This document shows, one piece after another, positions 22,580 to 33,493 of a stretch of DNA of 64,000 bases. The first letter of the stretch is position 1, and the number at the start of each line of letters is the position of its first letter. The notes below the pieces were generated by a model, which had not been told where the DNA came from, searched no databases, and worked only from the letters and a program-made list of their open reading frames with translations. A program made the position numbers and the translations under genes. The stretch comes from an uncultured Bacillota bacterium (GTDB lineage: Bacteria; Sysuimicrobiota; Sysuimicrobiia; Sysuimicrobiales; Segetimicrobiaceae), in NCBI GenBank assembly GCA_963804645.1, contig CAWDRG010000017.1, forward strand, positions 544,001 through 608,000, read 5' to 3'.

Positions 22580-24322
22580 TCACCAGCCGACCGCGTACGC
22601 CAGACGGCGCGGATCCGCGCCGCCGGCCAGCGTCCGCTCTGCCGAGTTCCGCACAACGGCGCACAGCGCGCCGGCCTTCGGCGTCCACTCCGGCCACGTC
22701 TCGACCCGGTGGCCGAGATCGGCGAGCTCGGCGCGGACGGTCTCCGGAATGCGCCCCTCAACGCTGAGCTGCCCCGGGCTGTACGGGTGCGGATGCGAGG
22801 TGGACGGGAAGTTGTAGCTGACGACCCGCGGGTGCTCGATCGCCTCCTGGGCTTCCATCCCGTGGTCGATGATGTTCACAAGCAGCTGCACCATGGCCTG
22901 CGGCTGCGCGTCGAGCCCGGGCGAGCCGTACACCATGAACGTCTCGCCGTCCTTCACGACGAGGCCGGGATTGGGAGACAGACGCGGCCGCTTCCCCGGC
23001 GCTACGCTCGACGGGTGGTCGGGATCCAGCCACGACTGATGGCCGCGCGGCGAGATGATGAAGCCGAGTCCGGGGACGATCGGCGTATCGCGGGCCCCGT
23101 CGCTCGGCGTCGCCGAGAACGCGTTCCCCTCCGCGTCCAGCACGCACAGATAACTCGTATCCGGCGGCACCGCGCCCCCCCGCGGCCGGGGCCGCCCGGC
23201 CGCCATCGCGGGCTTCCGGACCCCGGACTGGTACGCCCAGGGATCTCCGGGCGCCGGCATCTCGCCGGCCGCGCGGTCCATCCGGATCCGCCGCCGCCAC
23301 GCGTCCGCATACCCCTTGGACAGCAGGCCCTCGATCGGCACCGGCACAAACCGCGGGTCCCCGAGGTACGCGTGCCGGTCCGCGAACGCCGCATCGAGCG
23401 CCTCGACGATCAGGTGGAGCGCCCGCGCCGAGTTGTGCGGGATCGCGCCCATGTCGTATCCCTCGAGAATCGTCAGCGCCTGCAGGGCGACCGGCCCCTG
23501 GCACCACGGGCCGCACCCGTACACCTCGTATCCGCGATAGGTCGCGCGAATCGGCGGCTCCACTTCGACCGAGAATTCCGCCATATCCTCGGCAGTCAGC
23601 AGCCCGCCCTGCTCCTGGCAGAACCGCGCGGTGCGCTGCGCGATCTCGCCCTTATAGAAGAGGTCCCGCGCCGCCCGGAGGCCGGCGTGACGGCCCACTG
23701 CTCCGCGCTCCGCCGCGGCGAGCATCCGGAAGGTGCGCGCGAGATCCTTCTGCACGTAGCGCTCGCCCGGCTTCGGCGGCCGGCCGCGGCTCAACAGCAC
23801 CTCCCGCGACGAGGGCCATTGGCCCACCTTGTCGGCGATCCGCGCGATGTTCGCCGCGAGGAACTTGTTGACCGGAAACCCCTGCTCGCACAGCTCGATC
23901 GCGGGCGCCGCGACCTCGGCAAACGACATCGTCCCATAGCGGTCCAGCGCGGTGATCCAGGAGTCGATCGCGGACGGCACGACGGAGGCCAAGATGCCCG
24001 ACGAAATGTCGTTGCCGCGCCGCCGCAGTTCCTCGAGGGTGGCGGCCTTCGGCCACCATCCCAGGCCGCTGATCGTCGCCACCTCGCCGGTCCGCGCCAT
24101 GCGCAGCACGATCGGCGCGACCCCGCCGATGTTGGTCAGGTCGAACTGCAGGACGTTGATGCACAGCCCTGTCGCGACGCCGGCGTCAACGGCGTTGCCG
24201 CCGCGCTCCAGGATCTTGGTCCCGGCCATACTCGCGAGATAGTGCCCCGAGGACACCATGTAGTTTGACCCCAAGAACGACGGGCGTCGCGTGCTGAGCG
24301 ATTCCATCTCAAATCCGATCAT
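22580..24322 (-). CDS. Gamma-glutamyltransferase-family Ntn hydrolase
   Basis: GGNAVDAG, FYKGEIA, AFADR, DTSYLCVLDAEGN (Thr nucleophile), PGKRP, GGADPRR; GGAGGTG RBS. Confidence 0.92.
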   Translation of the reverse strand: MIGFEMESLSTRRPSFLGSNYMVSSGHYLASMAGTKILERGGNAVDAGVATGLCINVLQFDLTNIGGVAPIVLRMARTGEVATISGLGWWPKAATLEELRRRGNDISSGILASVVPSAIDSWITALDRYGTMSFAEVAAPAIELCEQGFPVNKFLAANIARIADKVGQWPSSREVLLSRGRPPKPGERYVQKDLARTFRMLAAAERGAVGRHAGLRAARDLFYKGEIAQRTARFCQEQGGLLTAEDMAEFSVEVEPPIRATYRGYEVYGCGPWCQGPVALQALTILEGYDMGAIPHNSARALHLIVEALDAAFADRHAYLGDPRFVPVPIEGLLSKGYADAWRRRIRMDRAAGEMPAPGDPWAYQSGVRKPAMAAGRPRPRGGAVPPDTSYLCVLDAEGNAFSATPSDGARDTPIVPGLGFIISPRGHQSWLDPDHPSSVAPGKRPRLSPNPGLVVKDGETFMVYGSPGLDAQPQAMVQLLVNIIDHGMEAQEAIEHPRVVSYNFPSTSHPHPYSPGQLSVEGRIPETVRAELADLGHRVETWPEWTPKAGALCAVVRNSAERTLAGGADPRRLAYAVGW

Positions 24323-24400
24323 CTCTCGCCACCTCCGCCCTGCCTCCCTCTCCGTGGGACCCATCCGAGCTCGACGCCGCGGTGCCCCCCGATCGCCCCG

Positions 24401-25945
24401 TCACTTCCACGACGCGTCGTGCATGATCAGCAGCAGGTCCGCCCGCGGCGTCCACTCCAGGTCGCGATTCATCCCGTTGGCATTGGGCGCCGTAAAGAGC
24501 GGAATCGCCGGCGCGTCGGCCTTGAACAGCATCTGCGCCTGGTGCAGCAGCGCCTTGATCTTGGCCGGGTCCGCCGCCTGGTCCGCCTCGTCCAGCAGAC
24601 GCTCGTACTCCGGATCGGCGGGCGACCAGGACGCGACCCCGCCCTGCGTGGTGAAGTTGGCCTCGCCAATCTCGCCCGCGTCGCCCCAAAAGCTCGTGTG
24701 CCGGAACAGGGCGGCGTCGGTCGTCAGCTTCTTGGTCACGAGCTGCTGCACAAGCACGCCGTAGTCCACGATCATCGGCCGGGCGCGCACGGCGACCCGG
24801 CTGAGCTGGTCCGCGAGCGCCACGGTCAGGTCGCGGTCTCCGGGATAGGCGCCCGACGACGTCGCCATCGTCATGTCGAACCCGTTCGGGTACCCCGCCT
24901 CGGCGAGCAGCGCCTTGGCGCGTTCGGGATCGTACGACCACTGCGCGATCGGCGAATCGCAGGCGAACTGCAGCGTCGTACAAAAGGTCGCGATCGGGGT
25001 CCCCGCGTCGTGCATGATGCCGGTCAGGAGCGCCTTCCGCGCGACCGCGTAGTTCAGCGCGACGCGCACCCGCTTGTCCGCGAGCGGCCGGTCCGCGGGG
25101 ATGTTGACGAGATTGAAGTGCAGAAAGAACATCGACAGGCTGGTGCCCTGCACCAGCTTGAGGCGCGGCGAATGCTGGATGGGCTCGAAGAGATCGGGAG
25201 GGATCAGATTGATCACGTCGACCGACCCGGCGAGCAGCTCGGCGAGCCGGGCCGAATCGTTCGGGATGACGCGGACGATGACGTGGGTGATCTTCGGCCG
25301 GCCCCCCCAGTAGTCGGCGTTCGCGGTGAGCTCGACGTGATCGTCCCGCACCCACTGCACCAGCTTGTAGGGCCCGGTCCCGATCGGATGCTGCACGAGC
25401 GCGTCGTCCCCGTTCTTCGCGAGATACGCCGGTGGCACGATCCATGAGGTCACCGCGAGACGCTGCAGAAAGGTGGCCGGGTCGATCGGCCGCGGCGTCA
25501 CGATGCGCACCGTGCCGGGGTCGACCGCAATCACCGAGCTGATCGGAGGATACCAGAGCGCCCGCGACCAGTGCTCCACCGGACTGAGCCCGCGCTCGAT
25601 CGAAAACTTCACGGCCTGCGCGGTGAGGGGCTCCCCGTCCTGGAATCGCACGCCCGGCCGCAGGGTGAACTCCCAGGTCGTGGGGTTGACCTGCGTCCAC
25701 GACACCGCGAGCCCGGGCACGAGGTGCAGGTTCGCGTCGCGGTTGAGCAGCGTTTCATAGATGTTGGCGAGCACGTTGGCGCCGTAGGTCGACGTGGTAC
25801 GGTGCGGATCGCCGTTCGTGATATCCGTGCCCTGTGCGATCACCACGGTGTCCCGGGCCGCGGCGGCCATCCCCGTCGTCGCACCGAGACCCGCGACCAG
25901 CGCCCCAATCACCACCCCGATGCCGATCGATCGCCAGCCGATCAC
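24401..25945 (-). CDS. Family-5 ABC solute-binding protein (group B)
   Basis: Signal peptide, PGLAVSW, WEFTLRPGVRFQDG, PIGTGPY; collinear with 20958-22496. Confidence 0.92.
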   Translation of the reverse strand: MIGWRSIGIGVVIGALVAGLGATTGMAAAARDTVVIAQGTDITNGDPHRTTSTYGANVLANIYETLLNRDANLHLVPGLAVSWTQVNPTTWEFTLRPGVRFQDGEPLTAQAVKFSIERGLSPVEHWSRALWYPPISSVIAVDPGTVRIVTPRPIDPATFLQRLAVTSWIVPPAYLAKNGDDALVQHPIGTGPYKLVQWVRDDHVELTANADYWGGRPKITHVIVRVIPNDSARLAELLAGSVDVINLIPPDLFEPIQHSPRLKLVQGTSLSMFFLHFNLVNIPADRPLADKRVRVALNYAVARKALLTGIMHDAGTPIATFCTTLQFACDSPIAQWSYDPERAKALLAEAGYPNGFDMTMATSSGAYPGDRDLTVALADQLSRVAVRARPMIVDYGVLVQQLVTKKLTTDAALFRHTSFWGDAGEIGEANFTTQGGVASWSPADPEYERLLDEADQAADPAKIKALLHQAQMLFKADAPAIPLFTAPNANGMNRDLEWTPRADLLLIMHDASWK

Positions 25946-25991
25946 GGCATCGTCACCTCACCCGCGCGCCGGGTGCCCATCGCCGGCGCGC

Positions 25992-27771
25992 TCACAGCGT
26001 CGTCACGTACGCTTCGCGGCGCGGATCCGCGCCGCCCATGAACACGCCTCGCTCGGAATCCTTCATCACCATGCACACCCCGCCGGCCGACCAGGACCAC
26101 TTCGGCCATTGGTCGATGTCGTGCCCGCGCCTCCGCAGCTCCGCCACGGTCTCCTCGGGCACGCCGATCTCGACCCGCAGCTTGCCCGGCTCGTACTTGT
26201 GCGGGAACGTCGAGGACGGGAACGAGTACGACGCTACGCGCGCCTGCTCCACCGCCTCCTGCGGGTTCATGCCCCAGCGCAGCACGTTGCTGAGCGCCTG
26301 CGTCATCGCCTGCGGCTGCCGGTCGTTCCCCGGCGACCCGAACGCGATGTACGGGATGCCTCCGCGGCAGACGAGCGCCGGGTTCGGTGTGAGCCGGGGC
26401 CGCTTGCCGGGCGCGACCACGTTGGGATTCGCCGGGTCGAGGCTCGACTGCGACCCGCGCTCCGAGATATGCAGGCCGAGCCCTGGGATCACGGCCCCGT
26501 TGGCGTATCCGTCGCTCGGCGTCACCGAAAACGCGTTGCCGTAGCGATCCATCACGGACAGATAGGAGGTGCCCGAGATCTCATCCCCGGCGGTCGCCGC
26601 CCCGCTCGGCTCGGGCGCCGCTGCGGCGGGACGCGGGTATCCCGGGATGTCCCCCGCCGCCGGCATCTCCGGGCACGCCCGTGCCGGATCGAGGCGCGCG
26701 CGGCGCTCCGCGAGATACGCGGGCGACGTCAGGCGCTCCATCGGCACGTCGATGAACCGGGGATCCCCGCAGTACCGCTCCCGGTCGGCAAATCCCAACT
26801 TGAGCGCCTCGACGATGTGGTGCACCGCATCCGGGCCGTTGTGCGGGAACTGCTCCAGCGGCACCCCGTCGAGGATCCCGTTGGCGATCAGCAGCGCCGG
26901 CCCCTGACTCCACGGCCCGCAGCCGTACAGCTCGCAGCCCCGGTACTCGACGCGCCCGGCCGGCTCCTCGGGCGCCTGGAACGACGCGAAATCCTCCTCG
27001 GACAGAAACCCGCCGTTGTGGCGGGAGTACTCCACCATCGCCTTCGCGATCGGCCCGCGGTAGAAGTAGTCCCGGACCGCGTCGAGCCCCTCTTCCCGCG
27101 TGCGCGCGCGGGCGCGCTCCTCGACCTCGCACAGCGCCCGCAGCGTGTTCGCCAAATCCCGCTGCACCACGATGTCGCCGACCTCCGGGGGCTCCCCGTT
27201 TCGAAGGAAGATCTCGCGGTTCGCCGGATGCCGCCGGTAGCTCTCGACCATCGTCATGATGCTGTGGGCCATGAAGTGATGTACCGGGAACCCCTCCGCT
27301 GCGAGCCGGATCGCGTCCGTCGCCACCTCGGAGAAGCGCATCGTCCCGTAGTTGCGCAGCGCCAGCAGCCACGCGTCCGCCGCCGCCGGCACGACGCACT
27401 TGAGACATGTCCGCCGGGATCTTCCCGCCGCGCTCCCGCACGAAGTAGTCCAGCGTAATCGCCCGCGGGAACGGCCCCACCCCGGCGATCGTCGTCACGC
27501 GGCCCGTCGCCGCGTGGTAGAGAATCATCGGCGCAACGCCCGAGAAGCTGCACATGTCGTTGTGGACCACGTTCAGCACCAGGCCCGCGGCCACGCCGGC
27601 GTCGATCGCGTTGCCCCCCGCCGCCAGCACGCGCAGCCCGGCGAACGCCGCGGCGTAGTGCCCCGCCGCGACCATGCCCCCCGTCCCCATCACCAACGGA
27701 CGCGACATCCGCTGCCGCACCGACCACGTCTTCGCCCCGTACGCGGTTTCCTCGTTCACGCTCAGCGACAT
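25992..27771 (-). CDS. Gamma-glutamyltransferase-family Ntn hydrolase; +1 frameshift at about 27400
   Basis: N-part GGNAIDAG...KIPADMS joins CVVPAAADAW...GTSYLSVMDRYGN...GGADPRR. Confidence 0.88.
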
Positions 27772-27817
27772 GACACCCCTCCTCGTGATGCGGTACGACC
27801 GAACGATGGGCCGCGCA

Positions 27818-29005
27818 TCAGCCGAGCGTGCCCAGAGGACGGCTGACCGGATCCATCTTGAAGGCGCGCACCGTCTCCGGGTCGAGACGCATGAAGCGCG
27901 ACGGCTGCAGTTCGGCGAGCGCGTCGTCGCCCTTGCCGCTCAGGGCGTCCGCGACGGCGCGCCCAACCGCCGGCGCCAGCTGAAACCCGTGTCCGGAAAA
28001 TCCCGTGGCCACGTACAGTCCGTCGAGGCCGACCGCCGGGCCGATGAGCGGGACCCCGTCGATCGTCTCGCCCTCGAGGCCGCACCACGACCGCGCGACG
28101 CGACGCGGCGCGAGCGGCGGGAACACCGCGGACGCGACCTCCCAACTTCCGTCCACGTTCTCGGGAAGCACGCGGCAGGTCATCGCGGGCGTCCCGGCCC
28201 CGTCGATCGCGGACGGCCAGCCGCCGCCGATGAAGTACTCGCCGGTCGGGAGCTGCTTCAGCGACAGCCGGCGCCCGATGCCGCTGACCGTCGGCGCCAG
28301 CACCGGCGGCCCGGGGTCGGTGAGCAGCATCTGCGGCGCGCGCGGGGCGACCGGGAGATCGAGGCCGACGTCGTCGGCCACCCGGGGGCTCCACGCGCCC
28401 GCGGCCAGCACTACCCACGCCGCGGTCAGACGCTCCCCATCGAGGGCGACCGTCCGCACCGCGTCACCGGAGCGCTCCAGCCGGACCTCGCGCGCCCCGG
28501 TGCGGTAGCGGACCCCGCGCGCCGCGGCCGCGGCGGCGAACGCGCGTGTCGCCTTCGGCGGATTGGCCTGCCCGTCGCTCGCGCTGTAGGCGCCGAGCTT
28601 GGCCCCCGGGGTGATGCCGGGGGCAAGGCGCTGCACCTCCGCCGCGCCCACGAGGCGCACGTCGAGGCCGGCCGCGCGCTCGCGTGCGACGCGCGCGTCG
28701 AGCACGGGGACATCCTCGTCGCGCTCGACGATGTGCAGATGGCCGCCCTGGCGAAAGTCGAACGCCGTCCCGAGTTCGCGCTCGAGCCCCGGCCAGCGGC
28801 GCGAGGCTTCACGCGTGAGCGGCCACTCGCGCGGATCTCGATTCTGCTGCCGCACGCCGCCGGCGCTCGCCCAGGAGGCGCTCGGCGGCACGGCGGGCTC
28901 GGCGATATCGACGACGACCACCGACACCTTGCGCAGCGCGAGGTGGTAGGCGATCGACGATCCGATGATGCCGCCGCCGACGATCACGATCTCAGAGTGG
29001 GCCAT
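27818..29005 (-). CDS. FAD-dependent oxidoreductase, sarcosine-oxidase-beta / opine-oxidase-B-like DAO family
   Basis: VGGGIIG, ASWASAGGVR, DGQANP, WCGL, DGVPLIG, TGFSGHGFQLAP. Confidence 0.92.
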   Translation of the reverse strand: MAHSEIVIVGGGIIGSSIAYHLALRKVSVVVVDIAEPAVPPSASWASAGGVRQQNRDPREWPLTREASRRWPGLERELGTAFDFRQGGHLHIVERDEDVPVLDARVARERAAGLDVRLVGAAEVQRLAPGITPGAKLGAYSASDGQANPPKATRAFAAAAAARGVRYRTGAREVRLERSGDAVRTVALDGERLTAAWVVLAAGAWSPRVADDVGLDLPVAPRAPQMLLTDPGPPVLAPTVSGIGRRLSLKQLPTGEYFIGGGWPSAIDGAGTPAMTCRVLPENVDGSWEVASAVFPPLAPRRVARSWCGLEGETIDGVPLIGPAVGLDGLYVATGFSGHGFQLAPAVGRAVADALSGKGDDALAELQPSRFMRLDPETVRAFKMDPVSRPLGTLG

Positions 29006-29107
29006 CGCGTGCCTCCCGCAGGCCCGGGGCGAGGGCGTTCACGTCCTCGCGGTCGGGCGTCCTGTCTTCTCGGCGCGACCCGCGCGCTCCTGGCACCGGG
29101 CGCCGGA

Positions 29108-30614
29108 TCACCGGCCGCGCAGCAGCGCGCGGACGGCGTCGCGCAGCGCCGCCGCCGCCTTGTCGACCCGAGCGGCGCGTACCGCGTGTGCCCGCTCCTC
29201 CGCCCGCAGACGGCGCTCCGCCTCTCGGATCATGCGGCGCACTTCCCGCGGCGCCGGACCCCCGGGATGCGCCCGGCCCTCGACCGAGCGCCGCGGATCG
29301 AGCGCGCGGCGCAGCGCGCCCGCGTCGAGCCGGGCGGGGCGACCGACGACACGCCGGGCCACACGGTCCACCAGGTCACCCCCGATCTGGTCGGCGCGGA
29401 GCCCGGCCGCGATGGCCTCGCGCACGACGCCGCCGACCACGTGGTGGGCCTCGCGGAATGACATCCGGCCGCTGCGGACCAGCAGATCGGCGAGATCGGT
29501 CGCCGTGGAGAAGTCCGCCCGGGCGCGCGCCTCGAGGAGCGCCGCGTTCGGCCGCGCCGTCGCGAGCACGAGGTTGAGGAGCACGGCGCACGCCCGCGCC
29601 TCGTCGCGGGCGTGCCACAGCCAGTGCGTGGACTCCCGGTTCCCGTCCACCGTGTTGGTAAAGTTCGTCATCTTGACCGCGGCGGCCATCGAGACGAACG
29701 CCGCCAGCAGGTGCGCCGGCTTCCCCTTGAGGTGCTCGAGCACGACGGGGTTCTTCTTCTGGGGCATGATGCTCGACGTCCCCGCCACGCGGTCCGGGAA
29801 GTCCACGGACCCGAACTCGTGGGTGAACCAGATGTAGCAGTCCTGCGCGAGCCGGCTGCAGGTCGAGCCCGAAGATCGCCCATCCGGCGAGCAGCTCCAG
29901 CGCGAAGTCGCGCGACGCCACGGCGTCGAGCGTGTGCTCGACGATCCCGTCGAACCCCAGCAGGCGCGCCGGCAGCGCCCGGTCGATCGGGAACGTCGTC
30001 CCCGCGAGCGCGCACGCGCCCAGCGCCGAGCGGTTGGCGCTCTCGTAGGCGCCCGCGATGCGCCGCGTGTCGCGCTCGAGCGCGGCGGCAATGCCGACGA
30101 GGTAATGGCCGAACGTCAAGGGCTGGGCGGGCTGCAGGTGCGTGTAGCCCGGCATCACGATCGACGCGTACCGTCGGGCCTGCGCCAGCGCCGTCCGCCG
30201 GGCCTGGAACAGGAGCGGGACATACTCGAGCAGCGTGTCGCGGATCATCAGGCGCGTGATCGTGGCGCCCAGGTCGTTCCGGCTGCGCGCGGTATGCATC
30301 TGCCCGCCGATATCCGTACCGGTGAGCTTGATGACCGCGGCCTCGTAGTTAAAGTACGTGTCCTCCAGCTGCGGGTCCAGGCGGAAGCCCCGCACCCCGC
30401 GGCGCTCGAGCGCCGCCAGCGCGCGCAGGATCTTACGCGCGGCCGGCACGGAGATGATCCGCTGCTTGGCGAGCATCAAGACGTGCGCCCGGTTCACGGC
30501 CGTCATGTGGGCGAAGCTGCTGCCGAACTCCTCGCGGAGGCGCGGGAGATAGAGGTACTCGACCACCTCCGGCGCCGCCGCTTCCGCGAGCCGTTCGGTC
30601 ACCTTGGATTTCAC
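29108..30614 (-). CDS. Argininosuccinate-lyase/fumarase superfamily lyase (non-canonical ArgH-like); +1 frameshift at about 29869
   Basis: HTARSRND, MPGYTHLQPAQP, GTSSIMPQKKNP, FREAHHVVG. Lacks the LWGGRF N-terminus typical of ArgH. Confidence 0.88.
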
Positions 30615-31666
30615 GACGCCACCTCCTCGGCCGGCAGCACCTGCGCGAGCACCCGCCGCATGTTGCCGCCCAGCACCAACCCGACGTCCGCCTCGCTGTA
30701 CCCGCGCGCGAGCAGCGCCTCGATGAGCCGACCGAGCTGCTCGCGGTCGTCGAGATCCTTCGGCCGCTCGGCCAGCACCTGCGCGATCCGCTCGTACGGC
30801 CAGCCCGCTCCCTCAAACATCCGGATCTCATCCCGGTCGGTGCCGAGATCGGTCACGGCCACGTGCTGAATGCCCGCGACCTCAGCGACGTGCTCGAGAT
30901 GCGCGACCAGCCCGTCGATCGGCGTGTACTGGCGGCCGATGAACCGGGGGATGTAGATGAGGCCCAGCACGCCGCCCTTGCCCGCGAGCAGCTTGAGCTG
31001 CGCGTCCGTGAAGTTGCGCGGATGATCAAACACCGCGCGGCTGTTGGCGTGCGAGGCGACCACCGGCTGGTCGCTCGCTTCGACCACGTGCACGAACCCC
31101 GGGTCCGAGATGTGCGAGACGTCGAGGAGGATGCCGAGGCGGTTCGCCTCCTTCACTACCGCCCGCCCGAACCGGGAGAGCCCGCCGCCGGTACGACCCT
31201 CCCGGCGGCCGTCGACCAGCTCGTTGCGCAGGTCGTGGCTCATCCCAAGCACCCGCATCCCCAGGCGGTAGAAATTGCGGAGATGGGCGAGGTTCTGTTC
31301 GAGCGGCCGGCCGCCCTCGAGCGCCAGCACGATGCGCAGCCGCCCGGGCTGCGGCGCTTCGGGCAGGTCCCCTTTCGTCCGCACGATTGAGACCGCGGGG
31401 GCGACCGCGGCGAGTTCCCGCAGGAAGAAGTCCCAGAGCTCCAGCGCCCCGTGCAGGGGGCGCTGGGCGCCGTTCAGGTGCGCCTCCGTGTCCCCGCTGA
31501 CCGCGACCACGAGCACATCGATGCCGGCGCCGGTCAGCTTCTCCAGCCAGTACCGCTGCACCACGCCGCGCTCGCCCCGATTCATGCGGTCCACGAGGGC
31601 GTAGATGTCGGTATGCCCCTTGACGATCACCGTGCTCCCGCGCAGCCGCTCCACGTCACCAGCCAT
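30611..31666 (-). CDS. Membrane/renal-type dipeptidase (peptidase M19)
   Basis: GHTD, LEGG, GGGLSRFG, DVSH, SHAN, HPRN. Confidence 0.9.
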   Translation of the reverse strand: MAGDVERLRGSTVIVKGHTDIYALVDRMNRGERGVVQRYWLEKLTGAGIDVLVVAVSGDTEAHLNGAQRPLHGALELWDFFLRELAAVAPAVSIVRTKGDLPEAPQPGRLRIVLALEGGRPLEQNLAHLRNFYRLGMRVLGMSHDLRNELVDGRREGRTGGGLSRFGRAVVKEANRLGILLDVSHISDPGFVHVVEASDQPVVASHANSRAVFDHPRNFTDAQLKLLAGKGGVLGLIYIPRFIGRQYTPIDGLVAHLEHVAEVAGIQHVAVTDLGTDRDEIRMFEGAGWPYERIAQVLAERPKDLDDREQLGRLIEALLARGYSEADVGLVLGGNMRRVLAQVLPAEEVAS

Positions 31667-31687
31667 CGATCAACCTCCTCCTCATCC

Positions 31688-32548
31688 TCACCGCACGTCG
31701 CCGAATCTCGGATCGAGCGCATCGCGCAGTCCGTCCCCCAGCATGTTGAAGCCCAACACCGCCAGCGTGATCGCGAGGCCGGGGAAGATCGAGATCCACG
31801 GCGCCGAGAGGATCGACACGAGCCCGTCGCTCACCATCAGTCCCCACGCCGGCGTCGGGGGCGGCAGGCCGAGGCCGAGGAAGCTGAGGCTCGCCTCAAC
31901 CAAGATCGCCGACCCGATGAGCAGCGAACCCGTCACGATCACCGGCGCCAAAATGTTCGGCAGCACGTGCACGAACATCAGCCGGAGGTCTCCGGCGCCG
32001 ATCCCGCGCGCCGCCTCGACGTAGGACGCCTCCCGCTGCACCCGCGTGTCGCCGCGCACCAGACGCGCGAATCGCGGGAAGCTCGCGACGCCGATCGCGA
32101 GCAGCGTATTGACCGGTGACGGGCCCAGGATTGCAATAACGAAGATGGCCAGCAAATAGATGGGGAACGCGAGCAGGACGTCCACGAGCCGCATGATCGC
32201 GGCGTCGAGGAATCCGCCGAAAAAGCCCGCGATCAAGCCCGCCGCGACGCCCGTCGCGAGCCCGAAGAACACCGCGCCGACCGACACGGTCAGCGACACG
32301 CGGCCCCCGTACAGCATGCGGCTCAGGGTATCGCGTCCGAGCCGATCGGTGCCGAGCCAGTGCGCGAACGTCGGCGGCTGGCTGTGGCTGAACACGTCCT
32401 GGGCGCTCGGATCGTAGGGCGCCAGCAGCGGCGCGGTCGCGGCCACCAGCAGCAGACCCGCCACGATCGCGCCGCCCGCGCGGAGCGGCCAGGAACGCAT
32501 CATGCGGACGCTCCGCCGCGTGCGCCCGCGCAGCGCCGCGAGGCTCAT
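31688..32548 (-). CDS. ABC permease, DppC type
   Basis: HWLGTDRLGRD, YVEAARGIGA, EASLSFLGLG, GDGLRDALDP. Confidence 0.94.
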   Translation of the reverse strand: MSLAALRGRTRRSVRMMRSWPLRAGGAIVAGLLLVAATAPLLAPYDPSAQDVFSHSQPPTFAHWLGTDRLGRDTLSRMLYGGRVSLTVSVGAVFFGLATGVAAGLIAGFFGGFLDAAIMRLVDVLLAFPIYLLAIFVIAILGPSPVNTLLAIGVASFPRFARLVRGDTRVQREASYVEAARGIGAGDLRLMFVHVLPNILAPVIVTGSLLIGSAILVEASLSFLGLGLPPPTPAWGLMVSDGLVSILSAPWISIFPGLAITLAVLGFNMLGDGLRDALDPRFGDVR

Positions 32549-33486
32549 CCGAACCGGACCCGCGGGTCGACCAGCGCGTACGACACGTCGACCACGGTGT
32601 TGGCGACCACGATGAGCGCGATATAGAACAGCATCGTCCCCTGGATCTGCGGATAGTCGCGCGCCCGCATCGCGTCGATCAACAGATGGCCGATCCCCGG
32701 CCGGCCGAAGACGATCTCGATCACGGTGGTGCCGGCCAGCAGGCGGCCGAGATCGATCCCCACGATCGTCAAGATCGGCGTCATCGCGTTCGGCAGCGCA
32801 TGCCCCCGGACCACGCGGCGCCCCGACAGTCCTTTCGCGCGCGCCGTGCGCAGGAAATCCTGTCCCAGGACCTCGAGCATCGTCGACCGGGTCAGTCGGG
32901 CGATCAGCGCGGCGGACGAGAGGCCCAGCACGGCCGCCGGAAGGATCAGGTGCGTCACCACGGTCAGCGGCTGCGCGAAATCTCCGGCCCCGATCGAGGG
33001 CAGCCAGTCGAGATCGAGGGAAAACCAGAGCATGAACAGGATGGCGACGAGAAACGACGGCATCGTGACGCCGGCGACCGCGACGAGCATCGTCAGGTGG
33101 TCCGCCCAGCGGCCGCGCCGGAGCGCGGAGAAAATCCCCACCGGCACTCCGAGGCCCACCGCGAGCGCCAAGCTGCTCAGGGCGAGGACGAGGGTGTAGG
33201 GAAACTGTGCCCAGACTGCCTGCAGCACCGCCTGGTGCGTCCGGAACGACACCCCGAAATCGCCGGTCGAGACCCGGCGGAGGTACTCGGCCAGCTGGGC
33301 CGGCAGCGGACGGTCGAGATCCAGCGCCCGCCGCACTGCCGCATACGCGTCCGGCGAGTAGTCCTCCCCGAGAAACAGGAGCGCGGGATCGCCCGGAACG
33401 ATGCGCACCATCAGGAACACCACAATCAGCGCCCCCGCCAGCGTCGCGGCCAATCCGACGGCCCGTCGAGCGAGGAAGCCGATCAC
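32545..33486 (-). CDS. ABC permease, DppB type
   Basis: PGDPA, GDFGVS, QDFLRTARAKG, RDYP, YALVDPRVR. Confidence 0.94.
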   Translation of the reverse strand: MIGFLARRAVGLAATLAGALIVVFLMVRIVPGDPALLFLGEDYSPDAYAAVRRALDLDRPLPAQLAEYLRRVSTGDFGVSFRTHQAVLQAVWAQFPYTLVLALSSLALAVGLGVPVGIFSALRRGRWADHLTMLVAVAGVTMPSFLVAILFMLWFSLDLDWLPSIGAGDFAQPLTVVTHLILPAAVLGLSSAALIARLTRSTMLEVLGQDFLRTARAKGLSGRRVVRGHALPNAMTPILTIVGIDLGRLLAGTTVIEIVFGRPGIGHLLIDAMRARDYPQIQGTMLFYIALIVVANTVVDVSYALVDPRVRFG

Positions 33487-33493
33487 GAGACGA

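Noticed and set aside
4909..30614. Programmed ribosomal frameshifting or true pseudogenes
   Set aside because: No slippery heptamers, no nonsense decay, and a uniform +1 homopolymer pattern, so sequencing error is more likely.
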